DNA from: Octopus bimaculoides
Lineage: Eukaryota
DNA: 64,000 bases
Direction of reading: 5' to 3'
NCBI RefSeq assembly: GCF_001194135.2
Contig: NC_068985.1
Coordinates: forward strand, 31,232,513 to 31,296,512
The notes beneath the pieces are model-generated. The model was given only the letters and a program-made list of their open reading frames with translations, did not search any database and was not told the DNA's origin. The translations under genes were made by a program, and so were the position numbers. Below, piece after piece: positions 14,237 through 26,200 of this stretch (its first letter is position 1; each line of letters starts with the position of its first letter).

Positions 14237-15878
14237 TATGTATGTGTATATGTATATATATATATATATATGGCAAAAATACATGGAACAATGTAGTCCT
14301 TCATATAAAAAAAAAACTGGATGGTCACTAGAGGATTATATATTGCAGCACTATTGTTAGCCTATGGACCTTCACAACAGTGGAGATTTGAAGCAACCAT
14401 ATTAACAGCTTAACATTAACACAAGTAATTTTCATTATTGGGCTACAATTTCTACATGTTCAGTCTAGCTCAGTGCTCCACAACCTTTTTTCACTTGCGG
14501 TACACTTATATTTTTTTTCAAAATAGACCATGTTCACTGGTCTAACCTTCTTTTGACTTTCTTTTAATTTCAGTAACATTGAATTAATTGGTGAGTACAA
14601 TTTGAATCCCTCTTCATTGCTCACATGAAATATATGGTAATTGATGATACCAGCAATGAAACTATTCCAAGAGCTTGCTGTTGGCAGGTGACTTGATACA
14701 AATTTATGTTAGCTAATGCAAAATGGCACACATTGTAACATGATATGCCAGCTGAAATTGAGCCTATAGAGTCAGCAGACAATGAAATTAAAAATTTATC
14801 AGACATCAAGGAAATTTAATTGAAACAGGTTATGAAAGTTGAGGAGAAAAATGACAGTATAAAGGAAGTAAAATATTCAACCAAAAGTGGGAACAATCAA
14901 CTGGAACTATTCAATTTCTCTACTGTTTCATGTTTTAAATTGCACTTTACTTACATCTTTAGACATTATAGTCTACTTCAAGTAAAAGTAAGCATTTCAA
15001 TATATATAACTATTATATTGTATGTCCAGAAATGTACTTTTTTTTTATTTACAATATAATGTCCTTGCAAGCATTTTCAGTATTCTAAATCTTAAACTTT
15101 CTTTATATTTACAGATGTACAACCACATCCATTATTGAGTGAGGATATATAATTTTTATATCCAGCAAGTTTTCCTGAAAGGATTAGCAACATAAGCAAA
15201 ATGATTATAAACTAGATCATGTGATTACTTTTGGTATCACACAAGGGAAAGTAATGATCAGAAAACTTTTAAAGTGAGGATTCTACTATTAGGCTTAAAG
15301 ATGTAATATCTTTGTATTTAGGTTTCTAATCTGAATAATTTTAATTTTGTTTTTTTACAGAAAAAAATTAATTTTTATATATGCTTCCCAGATCAGATCA
15401 ATGTTAACTCACAAGAGAATGTATTCTCTATAAATGCAAGATATTTATTCAGTGTATTGATCTCTAAATAAAACATGCCCTAGATTTTAGAAGATTTTCA
15501 GAGAAGAACAAGAGAACTCAAGTTTACTGTACAACAACAACAACAGAGTGCAAGACTAAATGCTGTTAGGATATTACTTTTCAAGAAAAATGTATAGAAA
15601 CAATAAATGCCTCATGATCAAAAACGTGATTTCATAAACCAACACAATGAGATACCCTTCAGCTACATTGGAAGGGAGCATTTGTGCATAGGTTTATTCT
15701 GAACTACTTAAGTACTTCAAATGTAACATATCATTGTAATAACACCCCTAAATAAATGTCAAATAAGCTGATGATAAATTGATTTCAATTCTTAAATTGA
15801 ATAAAATATTAAATATTTCTCTGATTGTTCCCAAATTTTTATGAATTTACATGCAAAAAGATATTATTGTTGACTATA

Positions 15879-17073
15879 CAAGGGTTGGCTGAAAAGTTCA
15901 TAAACTGACCCAAGATACTCTCATGGAATGTGACCAAATGTTTATTTTTCAGCATAATCCTCTTTATGATCCACATGCTTTTTCCATTGGTGTTGCAGCT
16001 TGGATTTCACTGGTGAAACTTTCATTTGGTTGGCCAAGAAAGTCATCTATAGCAGATATGATATCATCACTGCAATACTAGTTCCCAGCCAAGTGTTTTT
16101 TCATGTTGTGGAACAGATGACAGTCAGATGGGGCCAAATCAAAAAAATAGGAAAGGTGATCAACCAGTTCAAAACCACAGCCATGTACAGCAACCATTAA
16201 AAGCAAGGATTTGTGTGCTGGGGTATTGTCTTGATGAAACAAGATCCCTTTCATCAGTTTTCTTGGACGTTTGGTTTTGATAGCCTCAGCAGGTTGGTAT
16301 AGTACTCTCCATCAATGGCGTAGTCCTTTTGAAGATAGTGAATAAACACAATGCTTTTTGCATCCCAAACAACTGAGACCATCACCTTCCCTGCAGCTTA
16401 AACAACATTGGCCTTCTTTGGAGCAGGTGAGGAGGGATGTCTCTACTGCATGGATTGTCTTTTTGTCCTTGGCTCAATGAAATCAATCCAACACTCATCC
16501 TGGGTTAGGGAACCAACTGGATTTTCCTGTGATGTGATCAGCCTGGTGTGCTTTTGACCTGGGGTCAGAAGTGATAGCCATTGAACAAAAACCTTTGTCA
16601 TATCAAGTTCACTGAGCAGAATATTCTCATCTCTCTCACAGAATATGTTAATATCATTGGCCATTTGATTTATAATCAATATTTTCCCCCAGTGGTGGCA
16701 GTTGCAGAATGTCCAAACCTTGAGTCATCTTCAAGACTCTCCCTTCCCCTCCTAAATTCAGCTGCCCATTTTTGCATTATTGATAAAGCTGGATCATCAT
16801 CCCTTAATGTAGCAACCATGTTACCAAGAATGTCTTTGGGGGCTAATCCTTTTTTTTTTCTGCAGGTATTTAATCATGGTGCCAAACTTTGTCCATTTTC
16901 AAGAGAAGTTGCCACTGGTCACTTTTGAAGTCTTCTTTGAACAGTCAGATGTCAGTTTACCAGGAAATAAATAATGCAGTTACTAATAAGTGTTATAATT
17001 AATGCATGCAAGATTCCACGACTCTAGCATCACTCCTTCAGAGTCAGCCTATGAACTTTTCAGTCCACCCTCA
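15879..17073 (-). mobile_element. Mariner transposon (~1.2 kb), pseudogenised
   Basis: TIRs caagggttggctgaaaagttcata / tatgaacttttcagtccaccctca with TA on both sides; decayed minus-strand transposase beginning MDKVW...KYLQKK near 16900. Confidence 0.85.
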
Positions 17074-17130
17074 TAGATGAACTTATTGTGATAATGAGCT
17101 TGCAAAGCAACAAAAATGTAGCACTCTTAA

Positions 17131-18302
17131 CCCTTTCGTTACTATATTTCTGACCAAAATACACCCCTCATGAGTTTCAATTAAATTCTAAAATAATCAT
17201 AAATTTAGACTAGTCTCATTAAACACCTGTAACTTTTTTATTTATCAACATATTAATGTGATATTTGGAACATAATTAAAGAAAGGGTTCTTAATCAATT
17301 CTATTGCATAATTTTTGTCTCAAAGTTCTCCACGTACTGGGGTACTGCTAGTGTCTCTCACATGTAAATATTGGTTCAGCTTCACGAATCGTACTCGTTC
17401 ATAATACTGGAAATATATTCNNNNNNNNNNNNNNNNNNNNNNNNNNNNNNNNNNNNNNNNNNNNNNNNNNNNNNNNNNNNNNNNNNNNNNNNNNNNNNNN
17501 NNNNNNNNNNNNNNNNNNNNNNNNNNNNNNNNNNNNNNNNNNNNNNNNNNNNNNNNNNNNNNNNNNNNNNNNNNNNNNNNNNNNNNNNNNNNNNNNNNNN
17601 NNNNNNNNNNNNNNNNNNNNNNNNNNNNNNNNNNNNNNNNNNNNNNNNNNNNNNNNNNNNNNNNNNNNNNNNNNNNNNNNNNNNNNNNNNNNNNNNNNNN
17701 NNNNNNNNNNNNNNNNNNNNNNNNNNNNNNNNNNNNNNNNNNNNNNNNNNNNNNNNNNNNNNNNNNNNNNNNNNNNNNNNNNNNNNNNNNNNNNNNNNNN
17801 NNNNNNNNNNNNNNNNNNNNNNNNNNNNNNNNNNNNNNNNNNNNNNNNNNNNNNNNNNNNNNNNNNNNNNNNNNNNNNNNNNNNNNNNNNNNNNNNNNNN
17901 NNNNNNNNNNNNNNNNNNNNNNNNNNNNNNNNNNNNNNNNNNNNNNNNNNNNNNNNNNNNNNNNNNNNNNNNNNNNNNNNNNNNNNNNTGTAGCTCATTC
18001 ATTCTTTTCTTCGATATCTCCATATCTTCTGTTGAAAAACCTTCAAATTCGGAATCATTGCTTGATAGCATGAAACTCCTCTCCATCTTCAAAGTTGAAA
18101 AAAATTAACGCCGCAAAAAATGTGGAAAAAAATCTTCCAAAATTCACTGAGTTCAAATATCACGCCAAACAATGTCAGAGACAATAACTCAACTGTTTGC
18201 AAAGTGAAATCAGGTGTTTTAACGAATGTACTAACGAGATTTGGGTTCAAATATACGTCTTATGAACCAAAAAATTTTTCGGCCGGGTTAGTAACGAAAG
18301 GG
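17131..18302. mobile_element. piggyBac-like non-autonomous element
   Basis: TTAA target-site duplication (17127-17130, 18303-18306) and TIR CCCTTTCGTTAC...GTAACGAAAGGG; interior mostly N. Confidence 0.85.
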
Positions 18303-18711
18303 TTAAATAAAGGCACAACAACCAAATTTACCCAGTAATACAGGGGTTTTCAACTATTTTTCTTTTTTTAATCTATTGACCCCTTTGATTACTATTTAAT
18401 TCTGGTGGATTCCCGTAGCCATTTTATATTTAAAAACTAGTTTTATAGAAACTTCTTTTGTTTTTCACACATTAACTTACGTAGGTTGAACTATGCAAAA
18501 TGTTAGAGAAAGAAACCTAGCTGTTTCTTGCAATAAATTTAAAGCAAAATTTTTTGAGGTGGCCCTTAAAATACAATTGTGGACCACTGATTCACTATAT
18601 TTTTTTTTTTTTGAGAACCACTCCTGTAGCAGATCAGCTAAACTCTACCATCATTACTTTTATCTTCTCCTCAGTAGCAAGGTATTTCTTGCATATGTAA
18701 TAGCACTTTAA

Positions 18712-18919
18712 CCCTTTCATTACCAACCCGGCTCTGGCTCTGAGTACAAATGTCTTGTTTTCGTAAGTTTTGAATTAAAATCTTCCAAACTTTAGTCACA
18801 ATTTATGTTCCTAACACTAGCTGATTGATAACTAAGTTATTTTACTAAATTCTTTGTTATATTCAAAGTAATTGAAAGAAATACAGACCATCTCAAAATA
18901 AATACAGGAACGAAAGGGG
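18712..18919. mobile_element. piggyBac-like MITE (~210 bp)
   Basis: TTAA-CCCTTTCATTAC ... GAACGAAAGGGG-TTAA. Confidence 0.75.
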
Positions 18920-19665
18920 TTAACTGGCCGTATGCCTCTTATAGCTGATCCTTCAGTTTCTTCATTCAGCAATTTTACTCCTTAGCTTCCAGTCATTCAG
19001 AGTAACTAGACACTTATTTGCAATCAAGTTTTAAATCTATCCTGTGATTGCACCAGAGTAAAATAACTAAATATTTCAGCAACCAAATAAGTGATTATAT
19101 TCTATTCCTTCTTGCCATAATCTTCACAAAATTATTAATATTATGACCAGTAATGGATAGACATTTGCAGCTTTCTGTTGCCCAGCTTTTTTTTTTTTTT
19201 AAGCAAAATACATCATCACAATGAATGTAAAAGTTATTATGGATGCAGGTATGGCATTGCAGTTTAAAAAAGTACACTTCATAATTATGTAATTCCAAGT
19301 TATAGATTCCTCTGTACAACATCTTGGTTAACCATAACAAAGGGAATGCAATTTTGTAGACAAACTCTTCTAAAGCTCCTGAAACCTGTCCAATGTGTAT
19401 AATATATATATATATATATATACATAGACAAAGAAAGAATGAGGGGTTTACTTCACTTGTGATCTACACAAATAAGTATGTTGGGTAAGTGCTTTAGTTG
19501 GTCAACTGTTAGGTTCCAAGATCACAGCTAAGGCTGGATCTAGGGATTCATGTTAGGGTTCTGTTATAGCAGGTATATCTTATATTAGAGGAAGAATCAC
19601 AACCAAAGTAGAATGAGTATCTCAAGTCATTTAGAATAATATAATTAGAGTAAGGTGAACTTGAA

Positions 19666-19743
19666 GTCTCACAACCATCTCTGGGATAACCCAAGCGGTA
19701 GGTTAGCAGGTGTCCGTGCACTGGGTATTCCATCATCAGAGAC
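19666..19743 (-). ncRNA. Degenerate type I hammerhead ribozyme (likely inactive), Penelope-like terminus
   Basis: Minus strand gtct-CTGATGA-tggaatacccag...ttgggttatccca-GAGA-tggtt-GTG-agac; core substitutions GAAA>GAGA and GUH>GUG. Confidence 0.55.
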
Positions 19744-20046
19744 AAGGTATGAACATTTTAGACAGAAAATTTACAGTTTACAAGGAATAAAATAGAATAA
19801 AACATAGAATATAGGCAGGAGAATAATGTTCACAACTCATCTTTTTCTAGAGGATATGAATGTTGGTCGGTGCTTCCATGAGGGTACAGGTTTTTAAAAT
19901 CCCAGGTAAAACCAGGCAGTATTCTGAATGATGTATTCATACTGTAAATGTGTATATAGAGCGAGAAAGTATGATGGACATAGATGGGTTTTGTGAGTGG
20001 GTGTGAGAGAAAGAGATAGGTGAAAGGAATAAAAAATAAGATATTG

Positions 20047-20186
20047 GGCATCCAGCTGTAGAAACTCTGCCAAATCAGACTGGAGCCTGGTGTTGCCATC
20101 CGGTTTCACCAGTCCTCAGTCAAATCGTCCAACCCATGCTAGCATGGAAAGCGGACGTTAAACGATGATGATGATGATGATGATGA
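20047..20186 (+). mobile_element. RTE 3' tail fragment with (GAT)n
   Basis: Near-identical to 1025-1152. Confidence 0.85.
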
Positions 20187-20638
20187 TATTGGGTGAAAGG
20201 GTAAAAAATAATAAAAATAAAATTAAGGTAATGATATATCTCTCCCATACACACTCACAACCCATTTATGATATATCATTACTTTTATTTTATTTTAATT
20301 TTTTACCCGTATCTTTTTTTTCTATCACCCTTTATTTATTTCTCTTCTCTCTCATACACCCACTCACAAAACCCATCTATGTCCATCATACTTTCTCACT
20401 CTATATACACATTTACAATATGAATACATCATTCAGAATACTGCCTGGATTTACCTGGGATTTTAACTAAAAACTTGTACCTTCATGGAGGTACCAGCCA
20501 ACATCCATATCCTCTGGAAAAAGATGAGTTGTGAACATTATTATTTTGCCTATATTCTTTTAACTACTTTACTCCTTTATTCTTATATTTTATTCCTTGT
20601 AAATTGTAAATTTTCCTCATTTAAAACATTCATACATT

Positions 20639-20714
20639 GTCTCTGATGACGGAATACCCAGTGCATGGACATGCTAACCTACCACTTCGGTTATCCCAGA
20701 AATGGCTGTAAGAC
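20639..20714 (+). ncRNA. Type I hammerhead ribozyme fold, partly decayed
   Basis: gtct-CTGATGA(20643-49)-cggaataccc...ggttatccca-GAAA(20699-702)-tggct-GTA(20708-10)-agac; helix I gtct/agac. Confidence 0.6.
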
Positions 20715-21987
20715 TTCAAATTCACCATACCCTAATTAAATCATTCTAAATTACTTGAGATACTTGTTCTGCTTTGGTTGCAATGTATATATATATATAT
20801 ATGTATAATAATAATATTAGGGACAAAATCCAAAATTACAGGTAAAAAACTCAATTAAAATCAATTTATAAAAAATTAAAATTAAATTGAGCCTTATAGA
20901 TAAAGTATATATAAAATATATAGTTTTAGGGAAAATAACCAATTTTCAAGAACTCATCGATGAAAATCCACTATCACATATAGAAAAATTAATAATTAAA
21001 AGCACAATAAATGAGTATAATATAAAGTAAAGTAAATATCATAAGATAAATATAATAAAAAGATTACACGTGTTTCATAACCAATTTTCAAATAGAAAAG
21101 AAATTTAAATCGATTAAAATCAATTNNNNNNNNNNNNNNNNNNNNNNNNNNNNNNNNNNNNNNNNNNNNNNNNNNNNNNNNNNNNNNNNNNNNNNNNNNN
21201 NNNNNNNNNNNNNNNNNNNNNNNNNNNNNNNNNNNNNNNNNNNNNNNNNNNNNNNNNNNNNNNNNNNNNNNNNNNNNNNNNNNNNNNNNNNNNNNNNNNN
21301 NNNNNNNNNNNNNNNNNNNNNNNNNNNNNNNNNNNNNNNNNNNNNNNNNNNNNNNNNNNNNNNNNNNNNNNNNNNNNNNNNNNNNNNNNNNNNNNNNNNN
21401 NNNNNNNNNNNNNNNNNNNNNNNNNNNNNNNNNNNNNNNNNNNNNNNNNNNNNNNNNNNNNNNNNNNNNNNNNNNNNNNNNNNNNNNNNNNNNNNNNNNN
21501 NNNNNNNNNNNNNNNNNNNNNNNNNNNNNNNNNNNNNNNNNNNNNNNNNNNNNNNNNNNNNNNNNNNNNNNNNNNNNNNNNNNNNNNNNNNNNNNNNNNN
21601 NNNNNNNNNNNNNNNNNNNNNNNNNNNNNNNNNNNNNNNNNNNNNNNNNNNNNNNNNNNNNNNNNNNNNNNNNNNNNNNNNNNNNNNNNNNNNNNNNNNN
21701 NNNNNNNNNNNNNNNNNNNNNNNNNNNNNNNNNNNNNNNNNNNNNNNNNNNNNNNNNNNNNNNNNNNNNNNNNNNNNNNNNNNNNNNNNNNNNNNNNNNN
21801 NNNNNNNNNNNNNNNNNNNNNNNNNNNNNNNNNNNNNNNNNNNNNNNNNNNNNNNNNNNNNNNNNNNNNNNNNNNNNNNNNNNNNNNNNNNNNNNNNNNN
21901 NNTATCCAAATATAATAAGTATTTCATATTAATTCATTTGGTACTTATTGTTGGTTGAGATATATATCTAATTATTGTTCTACTTAC

Positions 21988-22101
21988 GATCTGACGAGTA
22001 GCTATATTTTTGAATAGAACTTATTTTCGATAATTTCAATTGATTTTAATCGATTTAAATTTCTTTTCTATTTGAAAATTGGTTATGAAACACGTGTAAT
22101 C
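21988..22101 (+). ncRNA. Type I hammerhead ribozyme with intact core and long helix II
   Basis: gat-CTGACGA(21991-97), ~21-bp helix II (gtagctatatttttgaatagaa / ttctatttgaaaattggttat), GAAA(22087-90), palindromic helix III ACACGTGT, cleavage triplet GTA (22096-98), helix I gat/atc. Confidence 0.75.
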
Positions 22102-23203
22102 TTTTTATTATATTTACTTTATATTATACTCATTTATTGTGCTTTTAATTATTAATTTTTCTATATGTGATAGTGGATTTTCATCGATGAGTTCTTGAAA
22201 ATTGGTTATTTTCCCTAAAACTATATATATATATATATAGATATATTGGTAATGGGTCAAAAATACCTAGTGGTATTAGGTTTCATCCTCTTACACACAA
22301 GGACTTTGCCTTCCAGCCTTGAGGTCATAAAATATATACCAAAGAACTAGTCAATATAATGAAGCCTCTTGACAGTTACACCCCACACATATTCATAGAC
22401 CAACGTCTGGAAATCTTATAATGGTACATTCTGTAAAATTACTTATGCTTGGAAAAACATTCAGCTGTAGAAACCATGCCAAAAAATGGAACATACAAGC
22501 AAAATGTCACCCTCTCTGACCCATCTAGGAGAGGTGTGACTGAATAAGAACCAACTTAGACCATAACTCACCTAACCCATACAGATATGACAAACATGAG
22601 TCTATACTTACTATAAGGCATGATTTATTTTGCTGGACTGTCTGCTAATTTGTATTTAACACTACAGAGTACAAACCAGATGTGAAAAAAATATAAAACC
22701 AGCATTTTCTCTTTACAAGTTTTTATTGTTTCTGTAGATCATGGCAAATTATAAAAATTTTGTTTGGTTAACCAGTTTTATGTGGCATGGATGAAAAAAA
22801 ATATTTAACTCGTGTGGAGAGTAAATGTGTTTTCCATTAAAAAAAAACATACTTTACATTGTAAAGCAAGTCAAAATAGTTGATAAAACATTATTGGTCT
22901 GATGTAAAACACTTTAGACATAAATATTTTCTTGCAACCTGTAATTTCATTAATATATCTATATTCATTTTAAGGCATTTTGACATTAAGAGGACCAATC
23001 CTCTAATGGACAGCTCAGTGTTAGAGAAAACAGGCTGTCCTTGCTGCTGGGTTTCAGTAGGATATACTGTGATAACTTCATTGGTCAAATAGTAAAAGAA
23101 AAAAGATATAAAGCCATGAATTTTGTCTTGTGTTTTCTTTTATGTACTGTATATACACAAAAAAATGGATGAGTTCATGAATGTTAAAAATATAAAATAA
23201 TGT

Positions 23204-26200
23204 CTATTTTTTAGGTGGTGGCCTGTAACAGCCAACCACCACAGCATGATCTCTTTCATAAGGTTCAAGTGTCAGCTGCTCAAGGGGTTTAATTTTTTCA
23301 GCCTTCATTTTGTTTACTTCACCAGCAAATACTGCTTCTGGTTCTGCTGTAGAATCTATACAATTAGCCTGCAACACAGAAGGAAAAATAGTTCAAATAA
23401 TATATTTCAGTGTTATGAAGGATATGCTGGAAGACAGAAGCGACATTAACAATATATGTGAAATGATTCTAACAAGTAATTGAAACCAAATTAGACTTGT
23501 CTTGGTTACATCATTCTACATTAAGCCAATAATTCCAATACAAATAATTGCTAAGTAACAGGAATGAAATATATCAGGTTGGAAAGAAGTCTTATTGCAT
23601 TTCTGGCACGATCACTTTGAGGGTACTTGTTCAATACTTATGCATTAAGTTTTACACTGTTCTTTTTCTTTCTTTGCAGATAACTTTATACCATAGTGGT
23701 TAAATTTGTATCAACTTTACCCTTTTAAAATTAGTTTAGATCACACCCATATAAGACAATCTATGTGAAGAGGTTAAAAATGGTACTGCTTCTTTGCTTC
23801 AACATCTGAAGAATTTTACACCCAAGGGATTAACAACTTGCCAAATAGAAAGATAAAGTTGTCAGTAATGAGGGGAAATATCTTGATTAAACAAATGAAT
23901 TAAAACTTGAAAGAAGCATTTGTTTCTTTCTCACCTTAAAATATAATGGAACTTTCTTTCCAACATAATACCAAGTAAAAGAGTAGAATTTATGCTTTCA
24001 AATTAAAAATATAATTTTTCTACTAGATCAAGAACAATTTTCCCAGTATATTAATATTACTCATTCTACTGCCAATAGAAATAAGCAGTTAAACTGATTG
24101 TGGCATTACTTTTCAATTGAGGTGTAAAACAAATATGAATCAAATATTGTTATTATTTAATTTGAAGATATTAAGAATTTACCTTAATAGAAATGACAAC
24201 ATATCCATTGTTCTTTAAAAAGTGATGTGCATTCAAAGCAACGATTCTAGCTTGGTCTGGTTGAGCAACATCAGAGAAAATTGTATCAACTATACCTGGA
24301 AAAAAAAAAATATTTATGATCAGCATTGAAATGAGATACATTATAAAGAATACAGAGACTACAAAATAAATTGATAATACTAATGCTTACCAACTAACAT
24401 TCTGTATTTCAATGGATGTCGAGCATCTTCAATAATTGGTACAATATTGGTGCGTTTTGTAGCAACATTTAATAAATCACGACCACTACGATGGGAAAAC
24501 TCTACAGCATAGACAATACCGTCCTATAGAAAAGAATTTAGATCATTAGCAGAGGCCAAGAAGTTGTATTTACTTTAAACTTAATCAACAGACTAAATGC
24601 TAACTCAGCTTTATCTTCATATTTCTAACTAAATATCTCATACCTACACAAAAAAATTCTCAAAATTGATCATAAGATATTTCCTGACAGCATCTTTCCT
24701 AATAAAACCTTATTTGTTGCTTTGGAAATTTCTTATATTATCCAAATAAACATCTTCCAGTTATTAGTAAGTCTTGGTGAGCAATCTATCCTCATGGATT
24801 TAATAAAGGGTTCAGTTCTAAATTCCCAAAAACATTACTGAAAACAACAGGCACCTTAAGATGGTGAGAGAGAACTACCAAAACATTATATGACTATAAA
24901 CAACCAAAATGAAGGTATTTACTCTGAATGTTTCAGTATAATACTGATTTTTTACCTCATACATAATTTTGAAAACAACATGTACATTACTGAAAGCGAC
25001 TTGAACCATCAAAAGTTTTCTCTAACATGTGAGAAAATATTTCAATTCTATCATGCAGGAAACATTCCAGAATTTTCAGTACTAACACCAAGAACAAAAA
25101 CTGGAGTGACAGATATATAAAAATTCCCTGGATTTACCTATTCAACTTTACATCAAAATACCAATACAAATCATGTTATGTTAGTGATAATGTGTGACTT
25201 TATTAATGTGCACCATCTAACATTGTTATAAGTTTGCGTTCTCTGAATTCATTCTACATTCTATTTCTGTTATTTATTCTTTTTCAAATTGTAAAGACTT
25301 CAGATTTAACTGCAGGCAGATACACACACACAGATAAGTGGACTTCTTTCATTCTTCGTCATTCTGATCCACTCTCAAGGCTTTGGTCAGCCTGTGGCCA
25401 TAGTAGAAGACACTTGCCCAAGATGCCAAACAATGGGACTAAACTTGAGACCACATAGTGGGGAAGCAAACTTCTAACTTCAGTCACAATTGCATCCACT
25501 TTCCCCATATGGAAAGTAATCCAATACTTCACAACCAATATCCATAAATGAAAGTAACTAAAGTTTAAAAATTGTACTTCCCCCAGACTTGGTATTCAAA
25601 GGCTGGTTTCTAGGGACAAAAATGTTAATTTTACCAATTATCAAACAGAAACAAAAATTCAAGTTGACAACTCACTGGACCAACGAGATCTGAAACATGG
25701 CTAACTGTGGTTCCTGAAGCAGCTCCTAAATATAAAACTTTGCTTCCTGGTTTCATGTGGATGTCATCAATTCCACCAAGAATAGCTGCTGCTAACTTAG
25801 ACCGGAAAGGATTCCATGATCTGTATTCAATTTTTTTGTCTCCTTCCTGGAATTAGAAAAAATAATAATAAAAAAAAGATTAAATTTGTATCAAATAATA
25901 TGCAATATTGTATGAAATTACTAAGTATTAAAGCTAGCAAGCTTTCTGATCCTATAATGCATCCAATAGTAGATAATACAAAGCCATTTCTACAGAAAAA
26001 GAATTCGTAGAAAAGAATATTCAAAACTCAGTGCATAAAAATGATTATGTTCCAAGTTGATCTTTACATGACGACTACTCTATCCAGCCCAAATATTCTA
26101 CCTGTCTCATGTTCGAACTGGTCAGAACCAACCTCTTATACTTACCCTACAATATCATTCTAAAAGTAAACAACCACATTAAAATTTTGAAGCTATGACA

